In this document: piece after piece, positions 36,251-50,390 of the stretch
Layout: the number at the start of each line of letters is the position of its first letter
How positions within the stretch are numbered: the first letter of the stretch is position 1
From: Lytechinus pictus
Taxonomy: Eukaryota
Assembly (NCBI RefSeq): GCF_037042905.1
Contig: NC_087260.1
Span: 11,160,001 to 11,224,000 of the forward strand
Length of the DNA stretch: 64,000 nucleotides
Reading direction: 5' to 3'
Notes under the pieces: model-generated
What the model saw: the letters and a program-made list of their open reading frames with translations, nothing else
What the model was told of the DNA's origin: nothing
Database searches by the model: none
Program-made: the position numbers and the translations under genes

Positions 36251-38346
36251 TAAAAAATAAATTGCAGAAACCTGCCTGATAGGCATTTTTCCGGGTGGGG
36301 TCTAGGCAGCTTTGCTTTTTTTGGCAAGCCCCTCCGTTCTGTTTTATATAGTTATTAGTCAAAGTTACTTTAGTTCGCAATAGATCTCATTGTTTATACC
36401 TTCTAATTCTTATGCATTATTCCGATTGATATTGTACTTTAAATTTGACCATGTATTGTTACTTTGATTTTGTTGTGCTTTGTGAACGGAAAATGAATAA
36501 ATCTAAATCTAAATCTAGGGGGTACGTGCCCCCCCCTTCTTTCCTTTACTCAGACTTGAGATTGTGTCCTCTGTGCAAGCTAAATAGAACCATTATGATT
36601 GTTCAATATGACTCGATTTTCTTTATTAATAATCACGTACGAATTCCTGCTTTCGAGAATCCTATAATACTGTTTAGATTCTGAATTGACACATACTGAA
36701 GTTGAATAAACGTGAGTAGAAAACACGTTAAATCCGATAAGAATTATCTAAAATCAGTCCAAACTTCAACTTAACAGTTTCAAAGAAGGATTAATTAACA
36801 ATCATGACGTCAAAATATTTACAGAGGGCCTGCAGCAAGGTTGTTGTCAGCTTGGGCAGCGCGTGATATTTCATGTGTTATAAAGACCTCGGAACTGGGA
36901 GAGGGGAGGGCGGCGGAGGGGGGGGGGGGGGGGGTTGGAGGTCTCGCATACTCTGAGCTTGACATGGGCGTCTGTTTTGGAAATGTTTTGCAAAATCAGG
37001 TCCGATTTGAATGATTTTTATTTTCTATCGTAAGATCTTGCACGGTCTTCCATGGCTGTGGGAAGTGGGGGTGCTGGGGGTGAAACTTTTTTTTTAAATT
37101 GATTTTCGAATTTCTCGAGACCAAAATGACTTCCACTTTGTAGAGAAACCTTTTTTTCGCTTTTCAAATTTACTTCAGCGCCCCCAGTAAAAAAAAATCG
37201 TCCCCAGGGCCCTGCGGGCTTCAAATTTCAAATGGCGCCTGCCAAGGTTTCGTGTAGGCATGCATGCTGGTAACGTAAGGGTGGCAGGAGGGAAGGGGGG
37301 GGGGTGGGTGTTATCTAGTCGACTCATCCCGATCATGAAAACGCCACTGCATGTTTATCACGCAACTGTTTTTCATTAATCATACAGGCTCACAAGGTTC
37401 GCCTATCAATCTGAACCTTAGTTTAACACGATCTGAATGCATGCAGTGCACGTTTTAAACAGTCCAAGGAGCTAGTTACTTGAGCAAACAGAGTCTGTAT
37501 GATTGATATTTAAAGACCCCAATTATTGATTCCTCTCAATATCCATATTTCTTTTTTCGATTTCTTTGATTGCCTATAAGACAAAATGAAAAATTGTCAT
37601 TTTCAGAATTGGTCTAATGGTCGTTTTCAATTTGAAACGGTGATTTATTGTTATGAAACTATGTTCCAATATTTCCTTTATCAAAAGCGTGATAAGGCAT
37701 TATTGGTCGTATATCATGATTAATTGTAATTTCTCATTAAATTTCAATTTACTTAAAAACAATACAATACATATACCTATACTTGAAGAAATGGCATCGA
37801 TTGGTGTTTATGGTTGGGGGATGACTGACACAAATTTTATTCTCTGTGAGGGATTTTTTTTTAATTTTATCTTCGGGAGGGGGTCAAAGGCGTTATGAGT
37901 CTATCTTGGGGCGGGGGACATAAATTAACGGAGGCAACCGAGCTGCATGTAATCACAAAATTTCGCTTTGTTTAGACCACACATTATATTCAGTTTTCTT
38001 TTCGGACTTTAAAATATGGGGATAATTATTTCGGGGTCAATATCCCCCCCCCAAAAAAAAAAAACGTGCGAATATGGCATAAATCTTGAAAACCCAATCA
38101 AAAATAGAAACTACATATCCACATGGCTGTGAATAACACGATAACGCCAAAACGAAGTGATGGAGTTGTTTATAGATCTATTTTTGACATTTTAGGTGGT
38201 GAGATAAGAGTACTAAAAATGTTAGAATTCCGAATAATAGAACAACCATCAGCTATAATTATTTATAGGATCTAAATTCGTTGTGTAAATTAAGATGAAA
38301 TAATTGGGTATCAAACAAGCTTGGTCGTGATAGTTGGTGGTTGTAA

Positions 38347-38745
38347 ATTTCCAATTCGTCAACTGCCAACTCGTCCACTCATCACATGATCTACTTTCAT
38401 TAGGTCAAATGCCATTCCGTCTATCAACATTTCGTCTAACAACCATTTGGTCCAATAACCATGTGGTCCAATCATCACTTCGTCTAATCGCCATTTCGTC
38501 TCATAACCAGTTGGTCTAATATCCATTTCATTTTCATTCATTTTGAACAATTAACACTTAATCCAATTAGACCAAACTTTATGGACTAAATTTGCTATTG
38601 GGCCAACTGCATGGTTATTAGACGAAATGGTGAGTAGACGAATTGGCAATTAGACCATGTGGATAGTGGACGAACTGATGTAAGAACAAAGGATTGTATA
38701 GACGAGTTGGCAATTGGACGAATTAGCATCAGACGAATTGGAAAT
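38347..38745. mobile_element. Foldback-type element made of inverted arrays of short repeats
   Basis: atttccaattcgtc / gacgaattggaaat termini. The left arm repeats cca(t/a)ttcgtcta and the right arm repeats tagacgaa(a/t)tgg. Confidence 0.75.
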
Positions 38746-41700
38746 AAACCTGGATTTTAAGCCCCAAGGATACGACGCTGACCGACCTTATAATTCCAAA
38801 TAAATGAAAGACAAATAAGGGGGTGGGGAGAAAAGCTGTCGATAAAAATGGAAAATAAATGGAATCATGATTTTAAACCGGTATTTTGAAAGAGCTTCAC
38901 TCTAAATTTCAAGGATTTAAGATAAATACAGATTGCCTGTGAACAGTGACCTGCCGAATATTGGAAATCTTAAGGATTAATTTTAAAATCCCAAAAGATT
39001 AGAATTTGAATCTTTTAGCTTTATTTGCACAATTATGATTAATATTCGGATTGTCACTATTCACAGCCGATCGTGGCCGCACGCAGCGGGGGTGGGCAGG
39101 GGCAGATGCCCTCCAGAAATTTTGAGAACTTACATTCATTTACTGAAAATTTTCACAAAATTCACCAAAAGTATGTATGAAATCCTTTAATTTCACTTTA
39201 CAATATGCAAAAGCACCCCAATGACAAGCTCGGTCGCAATCGCTTTCGAGTTTTTTTTGAAAAAGTTCATGCGTCCTGCCCCCCCCCCCCCCCAGCAAAA
39301 AAATTATGCGTACGCGGCCATGCAGCCGATCCATGGAATTTCAAGTTTTGGTCATGGTGCCATACTACTTCGAACAAACTAAGTACCTTGCTCCATTCAG
39401 AATGCAATGGCATCATGATCCCTTCTCCTATTTTTTAGAAAAGCTTTAATGGGAGAACTTTTTGTTTCTTTTTTTATGCAGGTTTGCTGTTTGAATCCAG
39501 TAGCATGAAATTGTTTGAATTGGTGATATAGAGGGTCACGCTATATGCTGCAAGTGATTAGTGATTATTATCATTAAAAAAAATAAATAAGGGAAATTTA
39601 AAACCGAGATATAAAAGAGAATGATTATAATCCAAGCTATTTCGATTTAAAATTTATCCAAGGGCGGCACCACGGGGGGGGGGGGGGACAGGAGTTATAA
39701 CAGCCCCGGCTACGATTTTTCAAGTATCGAAAAAGGGAAAAATGAGGAGGTGAGGTAAAAAGGCATACAAAAAAAGAGGGAGAAAAGGGGAAACAAAAAG
39801 TAAAAACATAATCATGATAAAAGGATGAATTCTGATAGACCGTATAATTCAAGCTAGAAAATATACAACGGGAGTTACGTGACATTTGGGTCGTCTGACT
39901 TGACCCATATGAAATAGAAACGCCGCCCCTGAATATTCATCCAACTAAATTTTGAATTTTCGGATGAATCCTGAATAAAATTTGATCTTGGATAAGAATT
40001 GTAAATCCTTAATCATTTGAAATCGAGTTTAAATCTCATTGTTGGATTCGTGCCCAACCACATTTCGTTTTATATGTTAATTGGGAATCTATCATAAGAT
40101 TATCGCATTATTTTTCTAAAAGATTGGTAACGAATTACGTAAAAAGTGGTAACGGAGATAATTCGTTTATCTCCTCGTATTTAACCAATCTCTGAGGCGA
40201 ATCACGTGGTATCACGGTATCGCGGAAACTGTGTCAAAGATTGTGCTTATTTACGTCGTCTCTTTTTAGCATGTTTACTTCTAACCAACAATCATTATCT
40301 GTGCCTTCAAACACAATTATTTGTTCTGGTGTTTGGATTTTGTTTGTAAGCTGCTGGCTTATCTTCTATTGCGTGCTAGTTAGAAACACAGGTCATAGAT
40401 GGAGTATCATTCTGTCAAAGCTTTATGTAAACAAAATAATCGTGTTTTTTGTTGTTGTTGTCGTTTTTTAGATACTCGTATGCATTTCAATTCTACTCGA
40501 ATTCTTCCATTTTCACAAAATTATCAATTTTCAATATAATCCATACAAAATAATTTATCATAAAAGACTGTAAATATATAAAAGATTTGTCAACAGAAGA
40601 AGGCATAATTCCCCGAAAGCAAAAAGCTTGTGGCGGGATATGCCTGTAACACAAATACAATACAAATAGGGCTAGGAAAGGGTAGGAAGAAGACAGGCAA
40701 GGGACGGGATTGATTTCAACGTGACTTGGGGACTATGCTGATTCTGTTTTATTTATGAAGACAGATCAACACCCGCACATACAAAATACATGTATAATAG
40801 ACTTAGAGAGGGAAGAGGAGTGCAGGATTATGTGTGTAATGAGTCGAGAAAAATTAGAGGGCCATACATGATGTATTGGACAAAATTGACCAAAAAAAAT
40901 CTGCGAGTGAGCAAAACGAGAGGGCAAAACTTTGGACCTTTTGAATACAATTGCAAAGTTCTAATTTGTGATAGATTTTGACATAATATTCAGAAAATTA
41001 TATTACATTACCCCCGTTGTCCTTCCCCTCTCTATGTTGTTCTCACTTCTTTTTTCTTTGTCTTGAAAATTGGAGGGGGTGGGGTCCATGGCCCCAAAAG
41101 CACCCCATCTGGTGCCAGTGATGCCCAGATGGGAGACATTATTGTACATGTATATAAAAAAGTTTCCCTATTGTGGCATCAACAAAGTGACAAATTATAG
41201 ATTATTGGGGTCAGGTGCAAGCTCCGAACACGAAGCTGAGCGACGTCCCCGGGGATATTACCTTATATCACCCTTATCGATTTTCTCCTAATGATTTTTA
41301 ACTTGACCGCCAAACAAAGGCTAAATATTAGCATGCAGAATGACATAATATAAGTCTAGACAGTCAATGCAAGTATTACGCAACCAAGTCCATTGTTATG
41401 ATGTAACCCATGCACTGGGGATGACATTGAAGTGGTTTGATTTTGGTTGAATCCTTTCTGGTAGGATAAATGCAAACAGGTATTCTTTTCCTTTTTTTGA
41501 CATTTTAGGCGAATTACCGCATGATTTTGGTTCAATATTAATTCTTCGAAAAAAAAATCAGTATGAGCCAATGCAATCCAAACAATGGTTTGCATTGAAT
41601 AATTGGCTCATAGGCCCTACTGTTTTATGAAGTTAAAGAATACAAAAACTTGGAACGCCATAGTTCTCTTATTCTGATATTTTTTTCCAATATATCGGGA

Positions 41701-44700
41701 TGGACTTGACCTTAAATAAAATAACAATCTTGATAGAAATTACACAGATTCAGATCGCCTCCCGATTGGTCAGCTGAGCCTGCCGATATCTGGCATGGCC
41801 AGACCAAGGTCAAGGGTAGCTAGAATGACAGCAGACATACGAAAAACAGTCTCCTTGTATTTATTGCGTACCTGGAAACCGCAAGGGCGAAAGGCGGCTT
41901 TACGAAAACCTTTATCCATAGAGCTATTAGCTCCATGCTTTATCAATAGATGCAGAAAAATAGCCTGCAGATATAGACTAGTTCAATGGGGGCTCGTCGG
42001 AGGCTTGGCCCGATCAGCCAATCACAGAGCGGTATGAGGAACACGCGTCGCGAACGTGTCCCCAAATTGGAACCCAAACAAAGCGTGTATAGTCAGGCGG
42101 TCGCATACATTTAGGAAATATAAATGAAGTTTTTTATGTTTTGACTTTTCCTTGAACCATGGTAGGTTCCAAGCTTGAACTGAGCAGAGGGAATCGATTT
42201 TTGTGCTTTTAAAGTGAAAATATAGGCCTACTGTTTTAGTCATTTAATTTTTTTTCCATCCGAAAGTAAAACATGAAGTCAATAGGTCCGTAATTATCAA
42301 ATGTAAACATCACGGTTTAATCAAAATTTTCCTCAATCATTATTTTGGCATCTCGTCAGAAAGGATCAACGATGAATTTGAGAACATAATTCTATAACAT
42401 CGGACCATCATATCCCCTCAAATGTCACGGAAATGTTTGATTTGTTTAGAATGAAATGAGCTTACAATATGATTCATATTAGACAGGCTTGCATCATTAC
42501 TTTGGCATGCAGTCAGTAGGCCTACGTGAATAATATTCCAGGAAAGTGAAATATCGGGCCTCCTGTCTGACATTGGGGTCTGACATAATGCTACGTGTAC
42601 TTGTCTTGGAGCCAGGTTTACTGTATTCCATTAGCCTGAAATGAAACGGCACATCGTGTTGATATGTAGTGCAAAATATCAACCCCATGATACAATAATT
42701 ATTAATCGTTGCGTCAACAGCAAGTTATCACAATGCAATTTACACTATATTGTACAAAAACGAGCTCAATTATGGGGGGGGGGCTAAATTAGATATGATG
42801 CAACATTTATGATAATTCTAGAACAAGTGAAGCAATTGGGCCGACAATTCGATTTGTTTGTCTTATTTGTTTTTGCCTTGTTAGTTTTCTGCAGCTTTGT
42901 CAGTGTTTTTTATATGGAAACGTCTAAAATCCACCATTAGATAATGTATCAAAGGTTTCTAGTTATAATTGGGCCCATTATTTTGTTGGTCTTCTCAGAA
43001 ATGCTTTTAAGAAGTATTGTAAAGATACCAAGCAGCCAGTGAGTGGCATAGTATATAGGCTTGAGCCCACCCCAGCCCCCCCCCCCCCCCCCCCTCCCCG
43101 ATCATTCTTAGAATCGCTGTACTCAAGTTGGCGAAAGAATTGTTTGCAAAACAGACTCAATAGATTCCGGTAATTGCTTATTGATTTGTGTGCGTATTTG
43201 TTTGTTTTTGTGAGTTTTCTTATTCTTTTTGAGATTTTGACGTGCAGTATTCCTCTCTTGATTGAATCAAGAAATCAAGTCCATTGTTCGGAAGGGAATT
43301 CTCAAAATTCCTAATCAATATCAACCGTACAAAACTTCCACGCTGGAAGTTCGGAATCGAAACGCGTGGGCGTGCAAGGGGGTGTGTCATCATTGCGTAA
43401 TCGTATAAGATATGTATAAGATTGACAGGACGGGGAAAGCGTGTTAGTATTAGTTTCGCATCCAGACCGGGTTTTGTTGGAGGACGAGTACAGTGTAATA
43501 TTTTCAATAAATGAGAAAATTAGAAAGTGCGAGAAGTCCAGCTTGAATGTGATCCCTCCCATGCACCTTCGTATCTTTATTATTTATGAATGAAATTTTA
43601 GCCGAGGTATCTTTCCATTAGGCTCGTCACATTCGACAAAATTCATAGTAATTCCTAACAAGAATAATTGATATTAGAATATATATTTTTTATTTAAATA
43701 GCATCAATTTCTATAAAAACTATGCAAATTATGCTGGCGCAAATATTCACTGCTGAATGATATGCGCCGTATAAGCGAAAACAATAACAGAAATCACTGC
43801 TTTTGCCAATGTGACAAACAAAGAAATAGTCAAATAGAATGATATCCGAGTCGTTACACAGAGTTACCTGGTTCATTGTTACCTTTAAGAGTATTTCATT
43901 ATTATTCTGTCAGTGAAGCTATTTTGCCTTACTTTATATGACCTATCTAACTGTACACAAGGGCAGACAAGGCTGAACATTTCTGACTCTTTTTTTTTCC
44001 TTTGCGATTCGGCCCATCCACCATCCCATCACTTTTTTTTCTCCTCTCTTTCTTGCAAGTACACTGGAAAATTACCAGTGTTCGTTCAAAATATGACTAC
44101 GTGTAATCGACGTAAATCCAAACGGGTGAACACATACAAAAGGGGCAAATAAAATAAAATACCAGATTAGAATTGAGACCATAATGGTGTTTCAACCGTG
44201 CATAATGCCTTTGATGATAAAAAAAGCGAAATACCTGAAATTGTTAAATCATAGAGACTCTAATTCTGGTTAAAAGGTACAACTACGCAACATATTTAGG
44301 GCCTATATCAACACTCTGCAACTCTAAATGTCATACTTTGAAATCAATTTTAAGTGGATTAGTGTTTTGAATAAAAATTATACAAAATAGATGTGAATTC
44401 TAAAAGATTATTCAGAAATCGTTGCAGGCTTACCAGCTATGCCTGTTGATATACAGAAAAATCGATATTGAATTTTGTACGCCTATTTATTTTATAAAAA
44501 TCAATAATTTGGAGATGATCCGTTTTGGATTTCAATTTCAAGTGACATTCAGATGCGTCATGTGTATCAATTGGGATATAAGGTAAAAACAAAAAATCCA
44601 TACACTACAGAATATAAAGAAAGATCAGATTTTCATCAGATATAAAATACATTTTATTCATTATTCTCATTTTCTTTCGATTTGTTGCACTAAACATGCA

Positions 44701-47025
44701 TGTCAACGAGTTGCCATATGCACAAAATATATCAATTTCATGTCCTCAAACTTCATTATATACATTATACATTTTATTTTCGAGGTCATAAATCATGATG
44801 AAATCATACGAAATTGGAACGAAAATGTTTGAAAAGAATCATGTACGTAACCATTTTGTACAGTCATAAGCAACCACATTTGCATAAAACTTGCATTCGG
44901 GTATGGTCACATTCATTTCCACATTTCCGAAATACAAAATGACATACATGGCAATAATATTTTTTTTCTGTATACATATAAATCATAATTAGCAAGACCC
45001 TGCATTCCTAATTGTTGGTGTTTACAAAAGTCATCAACATGGTGGCAATGACAAACATTTCAATAATTAAAAATGTGTGACGTCTCACCAAACAATATAC
45101 ATTTTCGTGTTTCACAATGACAGCCCCAGTTATATCGCAATGATAATGTAATAACATTGATAATAATAATAAAAAATCATAATAATGGTAACGAAAGTAT
45201 AACTAGCATCATAATAATGGCAAACAATATCATTTTACCAAATTGGGGCATATTTGCCCGGAAAATATATCAAAATAATTCCAGATGTAAATCGATATTT
45301 CATACCAAATCTTGCAGGCACCATGCTCAAAACATGGATGGTTTAGGAAAAGAAAAAAAACTTAGGAACGTTTCATAGTTGATTTCAGATTCGGACCCCA
45401 AACCCACTATATAAAAATCAAACCACTACACCTCTCACATAAACAATATACTGTACTATGTCTGTTTTTATCACACACAGTCAGATGATTGGTAAATCAA
45501 CCCTTCACTAAATCATCAAGACAGATACAAAGTAAGAGGTATATATTACACATCACATTTAAATGCTGAAGAGATTGTATACCAACATACCACATGTGAT
45601 AATTAATTCACATAACATCAGTCATACAGAGGGACTTCGCCAAATTTATGGCAAGAACAAAAAATATGTCAACCACGACTCCTTGAATATTACATGTACA
45701 AGCATAGGCGAAGGTAATGATGCAATCATAGAGATGTATTAGGCTATATACATCTCTATGGATGCATTTTTTGTATCGCACATACTTTAGTACTGAATTT
45801 GGAAGACAACTTTACTGTGCTCAAATTCATGATAATCTATCGCCATTGCACCAACAAACTTGGGACATTGTTTTTGTTTCTGGTGGGAGCAAATGCAATA
45901 CGGTCAATTACAGAAATAAACACGCTTTTGTCCCCTTTGGTCCCTCCCTCATCAACATATTTTCCATATTTCAGAGGAGCGGGATACTCAGCATGTAGCA
46001 CTGCTTTCGGAAACTCCCTGGATTGTATGATAATCAACTGCGCTTGCGCAACAATAAGATCGATGGATATGCATGTCGGCTGCTAGACGTCAAGTGCATG
46101 TACAATGTATAGAAACATTGTTCGCAAATGAGTCAATAGACGTAAACAAGCCAGGCACGCACTAAGCGCGTGGTGCACATGAATGGTCGAGTATTGCATA
46201 ATTATTTGTGGCTTCCAGAAAATGGGATTTCTATTGTAACGACAATCAGGAGATAAAAACCCTAATAATTGACAGAATACTTGGTCAGTCTTAAAATTAA
46301 ATTGACTACAAGTCATGTACTTCAAATTCAGAAACTATAAGTATAGGGCCTACAAAACTCGGACTCGTAATTTACGGAGCACAAACAGAAAATTGATACT
46401 AGACTCTAATTCAGTTTGGTTATTTCATATCACAGGAATTGCACTTTTACACAGACGTGCTTTACTGTGGTATTTAGGTTAATAACCCATCTTGCTAAGA
46501 CTAGAGTAAGAGTTGGTTATGAATTTAGATTGTATTATCTCAATTTCTCATAACAATTGACTTGAAATATAAATCACCTCGACCTAGTTTTCGAAAGGTG
46601 CAAAGAAAGTCGAATTTGTCAATAGAACAGAAACTATTACTAACTTACGTCAATCAAAACGTTCAACGTTTTCTTAAACGCAATATTGACAAATTGTAAA
46701 ATCTTGAGACTGTGAAAATAAGGCTACATCATCATGATACAAAATCAATAAATAAGATTCAGTTAGAAATACACTACATTAATCATAATTTCTTATGCAA
46801 ACTGTAAACTGAGCTTTTGCGGCCCTTGTGTTCTTTCACAAAATTTCCACAAAATAGTATTTCTCGAGAAATTATCAATGAAGTGGAGAAAACCTCTTCA
46901 CGGGGCACTTCTTTGTTGTTGATAAACTTGACAAATCCCTTCAGTTTTTTTTTATCAAGTTCCTTCAGAGAGAAGTCTTTGACAGTTTGAGTTTAAAGTT
47001 TTTTCCTTCTTTTTCTTGAGTCAAA

Positions 47026-47592
47026 CTAGACATGGAACGATTTTGGTTTCAGGCAAGACTGCTGGTCTCCAGTTTCTTGTTGGTATACCGTCATCAGATT
47101 CTTAGAAACGTTCGTGAGATGGGAAAGGATAGAGAATAGTCCACGAAGATGTTCCCGGAAGGCCCGGGCGGTCTGCGCTTGTAACCTCGCACTCTCCTTA
47201 TCCAAGGTTTCATCCTCGAGTTCGCTCAGCTCGCTCTCCTCAACGGGACCACGAGCCAGTTCCCTCTTCACCGCCTTCAACATCGAGTAGTATGTATGCA
47301 AGCTGACCTGGTCACTGGGGACATTCGGCGACGAAGCGCTGGTCGACGTCGAAATCACCGACATCGCTGACGAGTCGTCGTTGTCCATGAGCATCGAATG
47401 GCAGTTGTCCATATTGATGTCCATCAGGCGACTTGGGATCAAAACAGTTTCGTCCATCTCGTTGACGGAATCGATGAAGTTTTTCATGATACCCAAGATG
47501 GATTGCGAAGGGGGTGCCTTCTCGTTATCCACAGTCCGCTGCAGTTCCATCATCATGCTTTGGCAGAGTGATGTAAATTCAATATCGGTCAT
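47026..47592 (-). CDS. MID1IP1: Spot14 family protein (MID1IP1/MIG12 / THRSP-like), 188 aa, intronless CDS
   Basis: SILGIMKNFIDSVNEMDETVLIPSRLMD, LHTYYSMLKAVKREL and FREHLRGLFSILSHLT...LMTVYQ match the three conserved helical blocks of the Spot14 family. Clean ATG to TAG. Confidence 0.93.
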   Translation of the reverse strand: MTDIEFTSLCQSMMMELQRTVDNEKAPPSQSILGIMKNFIDSVNEMDETVLIPSRLMDINMDNCHSMLMDNDDSSAMSVISTSTSASSPNVPSDQVSLHTYYSMLKAVKRELARGPVEESELSELEDETLDKESARLQAQTARAFREHLRGLFSILSHLTNVSKNLMTVYQQETGDQQSCLKPKSFHV

Positions 47593-48051
47593 AAATAGGC
47601 TTATCTGGAGAACGAATGGAACTGCTCAGAGAGAAGTTCCAAAGCTAAATGGTTCCCAAAAGATGATTCCTCAGGTATAAATGCTGGTTTCAAGGTAAGC
47701 TAGAGTCTGGATAAACAGGATAAGTCGGAAGAAAAGCTTAAATCGAGAAGACCTAGAACTTTTTAGAAGAAGATTTCTGATGACGACTTCAGACGAGTCC
47801 AACTCCAAGGCCCAGCTGATGAAAATGTCATTGGCAATTTATGTTGCACAGCTTTCAAACTCCGACGATAATATTCGTTTTTTTTAATTATTATCAGCAA
47901 AGCTATCTTCCGGATGAATTATTTAAGCTGGTATATTATTAATTCTTCCTCAATGTGTACGGTAGAAACGAACATGTGCACATTTTTCAACACGGTGGAG
48001 ATTCCAGACGTTCTGGATGCGCTAGCCCTGCATAGCTAATGAATGAACTTG

Positions 48052-48173
48052 TTTATAGAGCTACCCCTACGGAAATTAAATCCCTGCACGCATGCGCATC
48101 GTATGACGAAACGGGCGAGCCCCCAGATATGCAAATTAGCGACGATCACGCTATGTGGATGAATCACGATTGG
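48052..48173 (-). promoter_or_regulatory. Putative core promoter of the Spot14-family gene
   Basis: Minus-strand TATAAA (48052-48057), NRF1/P3A2-like TGCGCATGCG (about 48089-48098), octamer ATGCAAAT (48129-48136) and CCAAT (48169-48173), in a CpG-enriched patch about 460 bp upstream of the ATG. Confidence 0.55.
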
Positions 48174-49287
48174 GTGGACTCCATCGGCTCTGTGTATTCT
48201 ATCGACCCTTCCAAGATCTAGGTGAAGGGATCGTCTGAAAATATTGTACAAGGTGAAATCGCTTTCTGTCCAATTTTTAATGATTTTTGTATTTTTCAGC
48301 ATTAATAAAAATATGGAGATATGAATATAAAATAATAATGTACAAATTGATATTTTCTCTATTGTCTTATGCCTTATTTAAGATATATATTTATTTGAAA
48401 AAAAAAACTTGAACAAAATGTTGAGACAATCCTTGTCGTGGAGCTATCGTGATCGGACAAAGTTTGTTGAACTTGTTCTACGACTACGAAATGGAAGGGG
48501 CACTGATGGGGGGGGGGGGGGCACATGGGCCAGACGAGATGTACTGAAGGAATGGGGGGGGGGCGGGAGGTATCATTTTGAGAATAAAGGTATATTGTAT
48601 ATGTATTTATGCTTATGTAGGCCTATATCATTAATTTCAATACGATTTTCAGATTCCACACATATCATTTTATTTCTCACACTGTAATTTGGTAATTTTG
48701 CTGCCACCAGTCAAACCCAATCGGGTGTTTTTTTAATCGGTAGGAAAACTATTTTCTTCAATCCCGTGTACAATATAATAATTTAATAATTAGGCCTATC
48801 TAACAAGCGTCGCTTTGGCCCCGACCAGGCCTGCTTGTAATATGCCAACATGTTGATAGAAAAAAAAAACAGTAACTAATTATAGGATGATCGGGTGATT
48901 CAATGATTATATAAATATTGTTTTTTTAATTATATATAATATCGAATATATTTAATATAGTGTATATTAGATTAATCTATACCACGGGATCGCCGCCCAT
49001 GGAACACAGAATTGAGCTTCAGCCTACTCTTTTATCTTTTCTTCGTCAACATTTACTGAATACTGTCTATTTTGATACAAATTTTGCTGTATCCCATATT
49101 CTTGTTTTACATAGATGTTTTTCTGAAGGAGTAAGAAAGAAAGACCTGAGGAATAAGGAAAAACTATGCAGTAGACACCACCACCACCATCACATTGGCA
49201 TTGCTCATTACATGTATCGTATCGAGCTCCACATGCACAATCAGCTGACTTACGAGGTCGACAAACTTTTCCAAAAGGTAAACATGG

Positions 49288-49435
49288 CATGAGGTGAGCA
49301 CGAGGTCGCGCGCTGGCCGTCTAGCCAATCAGAACGCCTGATTAGAGACACCGCCTCCAAAGCCTACATGCATATTCATGAAGAAATCATCCAATCCATT
49401 CGCCCATAACGACCAAGCCCATTTTTATGACCAAT
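49288..49435. promoter_or_regulatory. ChoRE-like tandem E-box plus CCAAT cluster
   Basis: CATGAG-gtgag-CACGAG (49288-49304), with CCAAT at 49325, 49391 and 49431. Confidence 0.45.
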
Positions 49436-50390
49436 CAAAAGCCTGTAGTTCATTCCCTGGATGATATCCATGACGTTGAGGTTGTTCTTGAAATCAGCTG
49501 GTAAACTTTTCCTTCGTCCAAATTTAGTAGTCTAATTTCTAGGCGCAGATGTATACAAATATATAGAATTAGACCGTTTTTTCTGCTGCCAAAATGTTGG
49601 TTTCAGATTTATTATTATTCGTTGTTTATTTATGGTGGATGATAAATTGAAAGAGATGGAACTTTTTTGAAGTTCCCCGAATGAAAATACGAAATAATTT
49701 TTTTTTCATCCACTCAATGTCAAATAGATCCAGGATTTTTTTTCTTTTTAAGGGAATACTTTTGTCCAAAAATTTTTACAGGGGGGGTGGAGAGAAAGGT
49801 CATCACTCACAAAAGAAGGGCAAATTGATAAATCCCCCTTTTCCATCAGTTCATTTACAACATTGTCAAATGGAATGACTGTATCTTCACATCTGGGTCC
49901 TAAACCTAACATAAAGCCCTTTTGCAACTTGTCTTAGACGAAATAAAGCCAGGAGCATTTATTGTCGCCGGAGAAAATGTCGTGTCACGTTTTTGGTCAT
50001 CGAAAGAGATTATTAGTTACGCGCCGTCTCAGCTAAAACAACAGCAACAAAAACAGCAAGACGGGGGTAGGGGGGGGGGCGTGATGGTCTGGGTAAGAAC
50101 TAAAGGTGAAGGACGATCTTATACTTATTGACTGAACATTGTCCGTGTTAAAAAGTACGTTCATTATTATGCCCAGGAAGTTTCACGCTCTTCCACGACC
50201 AAGCCCAAAAAAAAGGAGAAAAGGAAGGAAAAGTGATGAAATGTGATATTATTTGTTTAATATTACGCCAAAATCTATATCCCAAAAATAAGTTGTTTAT
50301 TTCAAAAAATAAATTTCACTCTCTTGCGCCTAAACGACGAGCTTCCCCCCCCCCCCCCACATAGGCCTACTATGTCCACTCCATGTCCAT

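Noticed and set aside
40186-40220. CCAAT...CACGTG-gtat-CACGGT as an ERSE or ChoRE
   Set aside because: The spacing does not fit CCAAT-N9-CCACG, and the hexamers are 4 bp apart rather than 5.
47381-47680. 99-aa plus-strand ORF antisense to the Spot14-family CDS
   Set aside because: Shadow ORF with a non-ATG start and no independent evidence.
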